Shown: piece by piece, positions 35,260-40,644 of the stretch
Position numbering within the stretch: the stretch's first letter is position 1
Layout: each line of letters starts with the position of its first letter
Source: a virus
Taxonomy: Duplodnaviria; Caudoviricetes
DNA: 40,644 nt
Direction: 5' to 3' (one strand)
IMG/VR virus record: IMGVR_UViG_3300037755_001389
Span: 1 to 40,644 of that record
Translations under genes and position numbers: made by a program
Notes under the pieces: generated by a model
Told to the model about the DNA's origin: nothing
Database searches by the model: none
The model's input: only the letters and a program-made list of their open reading frames with translations

Positions 35260-35612
35260 TAGTTTCCTGTGAGCAACTCGCGACTTCGCAACAGGTAGGG
35301 AAAACCCCTGTTTCTAACTTGGAGGTTGTTAACAGGTTTGCTCACAGCTTTTTGACATGTGAGTAGGGTGGTTTCGCCCCTTCAAGGGCACGACTACGCG
35401 TGCCGTGGTGTTGTCCTGGGCGAGACGCCCTACTCCCGGTAGTGAACAGGGTCCTAACAGGTGGATCGCACGGATTCAACAGGACATGTTACTATTGTTA
35501 GTCTTATGACTAATAATAACAATAATAAGAGCCGGGCGGGCGGTGAGGATCAGGAGTCGGAGCACAAGGGCACGCGCGTTGCGTGGACACCGCCCGGCTC
35601 GGCTCTAACAGG
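35260..35612 (+). ncRNA. candidate structured non-coding element (RNA or origin/packaging DNA)
   Basis: five consecutive stem domains, several with G-U-type pairs on the + strand; six AACAGG copies. Confidence 0.5.
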
Positions 35613-35650
35613 TGACGCGCAGGGTACGAGCGTGTGAGAGAGGTGGCGAT

Positions 35651-36514
35651 ATGGCTGGACCGCATGGTTGGGTGGGTGACAGCAGCGGTGATTTCGGCGA
35701 CGCGTTGGCCTGGGACACCGGCTTGGTGCCGGGGGACGCCGAAGGGTGGTTCGCCGATCGAAGCTCGGTCGGGCCGATGACCGCTGGTCTGAATCAATCG
35801 GCGAAAACGTTCTCACGCATCACGATTCATAGCGGGTGTGCGGTCTCGATTGCCAGCGCCGCGTCGCCTCTCCAGTGTGGCGTCACGGATCTGATTTACG
35901 CCGGGCAGGGAAACGTGGCGGCGTTTCAGGGAACGGCGAACCGCCTGTACGTCGTGAAAACCGCGCAGAACATCGACGCATTCGTTTTTGACGGCGTGTT
36001 CACAGACCTGGTGATTGACAGCGGAACGGTGCGTCTGGCGGGGACGCGAACGATCACGCCCGGCGGCCGGATTCATCTAGGTCGCGACGCCATTGCGGGG
36101 GAGGCTTTACCGACGCTGACCATTCCTGGCACGACGACGCTCACGTCGGTCGAGATGATGGTGAACGGCGGCACGCTCTCGACGTTGGCGAATCTGCCGG
36201 ACACGATCATGGGCGGCGGGGAGATCATCTTGGACCGGGACGCCACATACGATCCGACGTTGACGCTGTTGCAGGCATCTGGCGGCGCGTTCCGCTGGCG
36301 GTCGACGGGCACGATTACGCGGGTTGAACTGGCGGGCGACGCTCATTTTTGGAACGAGTACGACCTGCCGAAAACCCTGACAGCCATGAGCGTCTACGAC
36401 TCGGCCGTCGCCGACCTGCGCGACTCACACCATCTGACGCTGACGACGGGGATCAGGCAGTTCGGCAACGCCTCGGCGATGCTCGGACGTGGCGAAACCG
36501 CGGGGGTGGTGTGA
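35651..36514 (+). CDS. beta-solenoid-like putative virion protein
   Basis: GAGGTG RBS; repeating T/G/L/V beta rungs (VNGGTL, MGGGEI, ASGGAF). Confidence 0.65.
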   Translation: MAGPHGWVGDSSGDFGDALAWDTGLVPGDAEGWFADRSSVGPMTAGLNQSAKTFSRITIHSGCAVSIASAASPLQCGVTDLIYAGQGNVAAFQGTANRLYVVKTAQNIDAFVFDGVFTDLVIDSGTVRLAGTRTITPGGRIHLGRDAIAGEALPTLTIPGTTTLTSVEMMVNGGTLSTLANLPDTIMGGGEIILDRDATYDPTLTLLQASGGAFRWRSTGTITRVELAGDAHFWNEYDLPKTLTAMSVYDSAVADLRDSHHLTLTTGIRQFGNASAMLGRGETAGVV

Positions 36515-36945
36515 TGGGCGATGGGCAGATGGACGTGGAGGGCATCCTACGGAGGACGTACTACCGGACAGAGGCGGGTGCAGGCGACATGGACGTTGCG
36601 ATGAACCCGTGGTCGCATCGGCACGTTTCCCGGCCATACCCTCCCTGGTCCCTGTCGTTTTTGCGCATTCATTTTCGCCGCGTGGGCGGGTCGGGCGACG
36701 CGGTCGCCGATTTGCAACTGGTTCGCACGTCCGTGCCCGGGCAAGTTGTCTTGTCGCAGGATCACGACGTCCAGTTGTACGAGTTGGCCAACGCCGGCGT
36801 GGGCGGGGACCAGAATCTCCGCGTACCGTTTGACGAGTTGCAGCACTGGTTTTTCGGGGAGTCTGGGGCCCTCAAGCTCGTGTGGACGTCGCCGGACGGA
36901 ACCAACATCCGTTGGGGCGTGGAAATGGCGATGATTGTATGGTGA
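36514..36945 (+). CDS. hypothetical beta-sandwich-like protein
   Basis: TGATG coupling. Confidence 0.6.
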   Translation: MGDGQMDVEGILRRTYYRTEAGAGDMDVAMNPWSHRHVSRPYPPWSLSFLRIHFRRVGGSGDAVADLQLVRTSVPGQVVLSQDHDVQLYELANAGVGGDQNLRVPFDELQHWFFGESGALKLVWTSPDGTNIRWGVEMAMIVW

Positions 36946-37481
36946 GGCCGGACACACGCGACGAGGGACGCTATGGCGGGGAGACCGTGGAAGGCCCGCG
37001 CGTGCTTTCGGCTGGCGTACTGGAACCGACGGCGGGCAACTACGCGCGGTTCCTGGGCTGGTCGCCGTTGGGTCTGGAGGTCGAGGAGCGGACGCCGGCG
37101 GAAATGGCGGGCGACTTAGCCGCGGCCCTGTTGGCGCTGCGAACGATTCCGCGGGACATCAACGTCGAAAACCCGACTGCGACCGACAGCTACCTCATCG
37201 GTTCGGTTCCTGTGGCTGCGACGGTCGTCGAGATCTACTCGGTGACGGACGCGGGAACGGTCACGTTCAACGTCGAAAAACGCGGAAAATTCGCGCCGCA
37301 TAGTGCGGGGACCGACGTGATGGCCAGCGATCAGGTTGCGGACACGGGTGGGGAATCAGAGACGACGTTCGCGGGCGGCTCGACGGCGATCGCCGCGGGC
37401 GACCGGCTGCACCTGGCCGCGTCAGCGATGAGCGGAGCGGGGTGGCTGCACGTGACGGTTGTGTACCGAGTGGAACTCTAG
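36939..37481 (+). CDS. putative tail-fibre-associated protein with C-terminal beta-sandwich
   Basis: ATG 36939 overlaps the upstream stop; C-terminal AIAAGDRL...WLHVTVVYR. Confidence 0.6.
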   Translation: MVRPDTRDEGRYGGETVEGPRVLSAGVLEPTAGNYARFLGWSPLGLEVEERTPAEMAGDLAAALLALRTIPRDINVENPTATDSYLIGSVPVAATVVEIYSVTDAGTVTFNVEKRGKFAPHSAGTDVMASDQVADTGGESETTFAGGSTAIAAGDRLHLAASAMSGAGWLHVTVVYRVEL

Positions 37482-37491
37482 GAGAAACCCC

Positions 37492-37761
37492 ATGAAAATT
37501 ACCATCGAGCCGGAGCTGGCGGAAGAAACGCTTCCCAATGGGAAAATGACGTTTGAACGCGTCGAGTCGTTTGGTCTGTTTGGGTACCATTTCGGTCGTC
37601 AGACGTTGAGTCAAACGGTTGGCGACCTGGCAATGCTCTACGACCGCTCGTGCGGGATGACGCGATCCATCGACTTGGTGCTCCAAAAATTTCAGGAGAC
37701 GGCCCGGCGGAACCGGGAGTTGATGGGCGTAGAGGATCAGCATGGCCGCGCTGACGACTGA
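37492..37761 (+). CDS. hypothetical protein
   Basis: AGGAG RBS. Confidence 0.6.
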   Translation: MKITIEPELAEETLPNGKMTFERVESFGLFGYHFGRQTLSQTVGDLAMLYDRSCGMTRSIDLVLQKFQETARRNRELMGVEDQHGRADD

Positions 37762-39103
37762 CCATCTCTGCCTGTGGTTCGGCACCAACGCATCCATCCC
37801 CGCCGGGTGGACGCCGTACGCGCCGGCGAACGACAGAGCGATCCAAGGCGCGGAATCCTCAATCGCAACTCAATCTGGGGCTGACACGCACACCCACACG
37901 GATGCGGGGCACGGGCTGAACTTCGTCGGGCTGGCACACACGCACGACGTGGACGCGGAGTATTTCGATACCGGGGCGTTTCTGCGGGGCGTGAACGGCC
38001 CGGCGCTGACGGCGTTTGCGACGTACAAATCGACGGTGCCAACGGGACATCATCACGCGGCGATCGCGTCCTCGGCGCCCGCCACACCTCCGTACGCCAC
38101 GGGCACACTCTCGATCGTTGCCGCCAACCATCTACCGCCGAGCGTGACGTGCATTCTAATTCATCCGACAACGGGGACGCTCGACGTGCCGGACGGTGCG
38201 AGCGTGTTCCTGGATGACGGTGCTGGGCTATCAGGTTACACCTGGCACGACGGCGTCGGGGCGGCGATTGATCTCACGGACAAGTTCGTCAACGGCGTCG
38301 CGGACGCCGCAACGGACGATGGGGGAGGTGCTACAGGACAGGCGACTCACACGCACACGACCAACAGCCACACGCATCCGGGTCAGTCGCACACGCACCC
38401 CTCGTTCACGTGCGGCGATGCGACGACTAGCGGGTCGGACAACACTGGGGGAGTGGTTGACGCGCTGTCTCCGGCACACCACGACGTGAGCCTGGCAGCG
38501 ACGACTCCCGCGACGTCGGGTGGTGCGTCTCCCTCATCGGACGCCACAACTGTCGAGCCGCCGTACGTGAAACTCATGGCGGCCCAAAACACGTCCGGCG
38601 GCGACAACTCGCAGCCAGGTATGATCTGCTTGTACAAGGGCGCATCACCAGGATCGGTGACTGACTGGACGTTATGCGATGGAACCGGCGGAACGGCCGA
38701 TTGCGACGGAAAGTTCATCAAAGTCACCAACACAGCCGGCGACATCGGCGACACCGGGGGGTCATCCACGCACCAACACGCGAGCGAGTTTTCCCATGAA
38801 CACACGCTGTCTGCGCACACGCATACGGTCATCACCGACCTCGATCATGCAGCGAAACCATTCGCGTCTGGGGTGTTTCTGAGATTTTCGCGTCACGGTG
38901 GGCACGTCTTCGCCGATCACGTCTGGAACTGCACCAGCGACGTGCCCGGGCAGAACCCGAGCACGGTGACGACGAGTTTCGATAGCCACCTCCCCAAGAG
39001 CGTCACGTTGGCGTTTCTGAAATACGCGCCGCCCGGCCGCGACGTCGTGTCTCGCGGAGGCTACTACAACCCGTCCGAGCCGCGGGTCATTCTGGCCGGC
39101 TAA
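37742..39103 (+). CDS. tail fibre with three collar-like plus His-rich (HxH) modules
   Basis: IPAGW / WHDG..DLTDKFV / WTLCDGTGGT; THTH shafts; HLPPSV, EPPYVKL and HLPKSVTL returns. Confidence 0.85.
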   Translation: MAALTTDHLCLWFGTNASIPAGWTPYAPANDRAIQGAESSIATQSGADTHTHTDAGHGLNFVGLAHTHDVDAEYFDTGAFLRGVNGPALTAFATYKSTVPTGHHHAAIASSAPATPPYATGTLSIVAANHLPPSVTCILIHPTTGTLDVPDGASVFLDDGAGLSGYTWHDGVGAAIDLTDKFVNGVADAATDDGGGATGQATHTHTTNSHTHPGQSHTHPSFTCGDATTSGSDNTGGVVDALSPAHHDVSLAATTPATSGGASPSSDATTVEPPYVKLMAAQNTSGGDNSQPGMICLYKGASPGSVTDWTLCDGTGGTADCDGKFIKVTNTAGDIGDTGGSSTHQHASEFSHEHTLSAHTHTVITDLDHAAKPFASGVFLRFSRHGGHVFADHVWNCTSDVPGQNPSTVTTSFDSHLPKSVTLAFLKYAPPGRDVVSRGGYYNPSEPRVILAG

Positions 39104-39167
39104 TTGGACGCCGCCGGTTGCCCGCGGTAAGATCGGCTAGTGCTTCCTGGTTTCGAGGATATGTACA

Positions 39168-39530
39168 ATGGCAACGGGACGAGAAAAACGGATCAGCACC
39201 ATTTTGCTGCGAGAATGCGACGCGGCGGGCGCTTATCAGGACGTTATTCAGGTGGCGGCCGCGTTGCGTGGGCTGTATGGATCAGCCGCCAACGCACTAG
39301 TGCAGATGGTGAGAGAGAGCGCTACGTTCAAGCGCCAACGCAAGAAAATCTCCCTCGATCCCGTCGTTACGGGGCGCCCTTCGCGCTCTTCGCCTGGCGT
39401 TTCTCGGTCGAGCGCACGTACGCGTCGAGCACCTGCGGCAGTGCCCGTTCAATCTCGGACGTCAGCCGGCGAGCGTCGAACGCGTACTCGGCCACCCGCC
39501 GGAAAAACGCCTCACACTCCTCAGGCGTGA
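39168..39530 (+). CDS. hypothetical basic protein, possibly DNA-binding; 3' end overlaps the convergent gene
   Basis: GAGGA RBS; N-terminal ~60 aa look helical. Confidence 0.4.
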   Translation: MATGREKRISTILLRECDAAGAYQDVIQVAAALRGLYGSAANALVQMVRESATFKRQRKKISLDPVVTGRPSRSSPGVSRSSARTRRAPAAVPVQSRTSAGERRTRTRPPAGKTPHTPQA

Positions 39531-39816
39531 GGATCGATAGCGTCTGTAAATCGGAGCCGGTTTGCCGGTCACGCATGATTGCGTCGCGTACGTCGTCGTA
39601 CCGCTCGGCGACTTGCAGCGCGCCCTCTTGGGTGTGACGCGAGCGGTATTGGATCGTGACGCCCTGGGTGGTGTCTCTGATCGCAACAACGCAATTCGCG
39701 TCGACGCAGCATTTCAGTTTTTTGCCGGATCGGTCGCCTGGCATGAACGTCGTGAATTCGGTTAGCGTTGAGGGTCTGGCGGTCGCGTTGGTCGTGCCGG
39801 TGTCTTTCGCGGTCAT
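39367..39816 (-). CDS. hypothetical protein with FlbD-like N-terminal domain
   Basis: GAGGAG RBS; LTEFT...VDANCVVAIRD...TIQY...LQVAERYDDVRDAI. Confidence 0.6.
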   Translation of the reverse strand: MTAKDTGTTNATARPSTLTEFTTFMPGDRSGKKLKCCVDANCVVAIRDTTQGVTIQYRSRHTQEGALQVAERYDDVRDAIMRDRQTGSDLQTLSILTPEECEAFFRRVAEYAFDARRLTSEIERALPQVLDAYVRSTEKRQAKSAKGAP

Positions 39817-39860
39817 AGAAACAATCTCCTCGGAGCGGCGGCGGCGATGGTAAGCGCACG

Positions 39861-39896
39861 AAAGAGCCCCCGCAAGACGCGCGTCTTACGGGGGCT
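39861..39896 (-). terminator. intrinsic terminator or attenuator on the minus strand
   Basis: 14-bp stem AGCCCCCGTAAGAC-GCGC-GTCTTGCGGGGGCT followed by CTTT; its one mismatch is G-U only on the minus strand. Confidence 0.65.
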
Positions 39897-39925
39897 TGCC
39901 CGCGTAGCGAAGGCCACGGGCGTTG

Positions 39926-40195
39926 TTAGGCGGTCATCCACATGGCTAGGCGAACCAGTCCCCCGACTAGCGCCGCCGCGGACGCCCCACACACAATCGC
40001 TCCCAGCACGGTCCACGCCGTGATGGGCGTTTCGTCATTGTCAAACTGATCGTCGCCGAACCACTCGTTTGGAAAATAAATCCCGTCGGGGAGCAGGCGA
40101 TGGGCGACGACGCTCATCCGTCGCGGGTCGCGGTCCGGGTACGCGCCGGTTCGCACCTGTCGTCTGATCGCCGCAATGCGTTTGCTGTGGTTCAT
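39926..40195 (-). CDS. FlgM-C-terminal-like domain plus C-terminal transmembrane helix
   Basis: GGAG RBS; KRIAAIRRQVRTGAYP...MSVVAHRLL; hydrophobic AWTVLGAIVCGASAAALVGGLV. Confidence 0.55.
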   Translation of the reverse strand: MNHSKRIAAIRRQVRTGAYPDRDPRRMSVVAHRLLPDGIYFPNEWFGDDQFDNDETPITAWTVLGAIVCGASAAALVGGLVRLAMWMTA

Positions 40196-40257
40196 ATGAA
40201 TTCTCCGAAGGTTGGTTGGTTGGGAGGTTGGCGGCCACGCGGCCGCCGATCCCCACA

Positions 40258-40491
40258 TCAATCATCGTCATGTTCGAGTTGATGCTGCAGTTCGCAAAAC
40301 AGCTCCAGCGCCTCTTTTTTTGTCAGCTCGATCCGCAGGTGGCGGCCCCGGATCCGATCGGATCGACGGACGTAGAGATAAAATTGGCGTCTGGCAACCG
40401 GACACATCGAGCCAAACCAGAGTTTGACCTCGACCTCGGCGGCCCGCCCGATCATTCTGTCGGTCCAGCCCTGGAGGATCGCGTGAATCAT
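40258..40491 (-). CDS. hypothetical protein
   Basis: ATGA coupling to the upstream mini-ORF; ends RIELTKKEALELFCEL. Confidence 0.6.
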   Translation of the reverse strand: MIHAILQGWTDRMIGRAAEVEVKLWFGSMCPVARRQFYLYVRRSDRIRGRHLRIELTKKEALELFCELQHQLEHDDD

Positions 40492-40574
40492 GGCGTTTCG
40501 CTCTCTGCACCCCTGTCGATTTCATCGTTCGCCGCCACACAAAATATCGCGTCATCGTAGGTGTTGGATGGCAT
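40488..40574 (-). CDS. 28-aa mini-ORF MPSNTYDDAIFCVAANDEIDRGAESETP
   Basis: GGAG RBS; stop overlaps the next ATG. Confidence 0.45.
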   Translation of the reverse strand: MPSNTYDDAIFCVAANDEIDRGAESETP

Positions 40575-40644
40575 CTCATTCTCCCATATTCGAGGGTTTC
40601 TGTTTTGGCCGTTTTGGTGCTGGTTTGTGGGTTTTGACATGAAG
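40546..40644. repeat. 99-bp direct repeat, right copy
   Basis: identical to 112-210; runs to the window end. Confidence 0.97.

Noticed and set aside
35352-35357. Perfect TTGACA
   Set aside because: No -10-like hexamer 16-18 nt downstream (GC-rich stem), so not called as a promoter
40546-40644. Calling the window a complete circular genome or an attL/attR pair
   Set aside because: The repeat does not start at base 1, its length equals a common assembler k-mer, and no integrase or tRNA target is visible

Overview
A GC-rich tailed-phage (podovirus-like, no tape measure or tail tube genes) sequence. Almost everything from ~630 to ~39,500 is on the + strand. Order: putative TerS, TerL, small membrane/lipoproteins, portal, scaffold, major capsid, two tandem beta-helix paralogs, adaptor, nozzle, ejection-type proteins, a ~3,718-aa polyvalent protein carrying a DarB-like N6-adenine methyltransferase plus SF2 helicase, a block of small accessory genes, a ~350-nt highly base-paired intergenic element, and a separate tail-fibre block. 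A short leftward operon sits at both ends. The last 99 bp exactly repeat 112-210, but bases 1-111 differ from what precedes the right copy, so this is not a clean circle. I recognised no replication, integrase, repressor or endolysin gene. The most unusual signals are: (1) a gene with its own -10 and RBS overprinted inside the giant protein just upstream of the methyltransferase; (2) a TerL nuclease domain whose motif blocks are out of canonical order; (3) the structured intergenic element with repeated AACAGG; (4) adjacent FlgM-like and FlbD-like genes; (5) a C5 methyltransferase reduced to motif I plus motifs IX/X. All family calls come from motif recognition by eye, without database searches.
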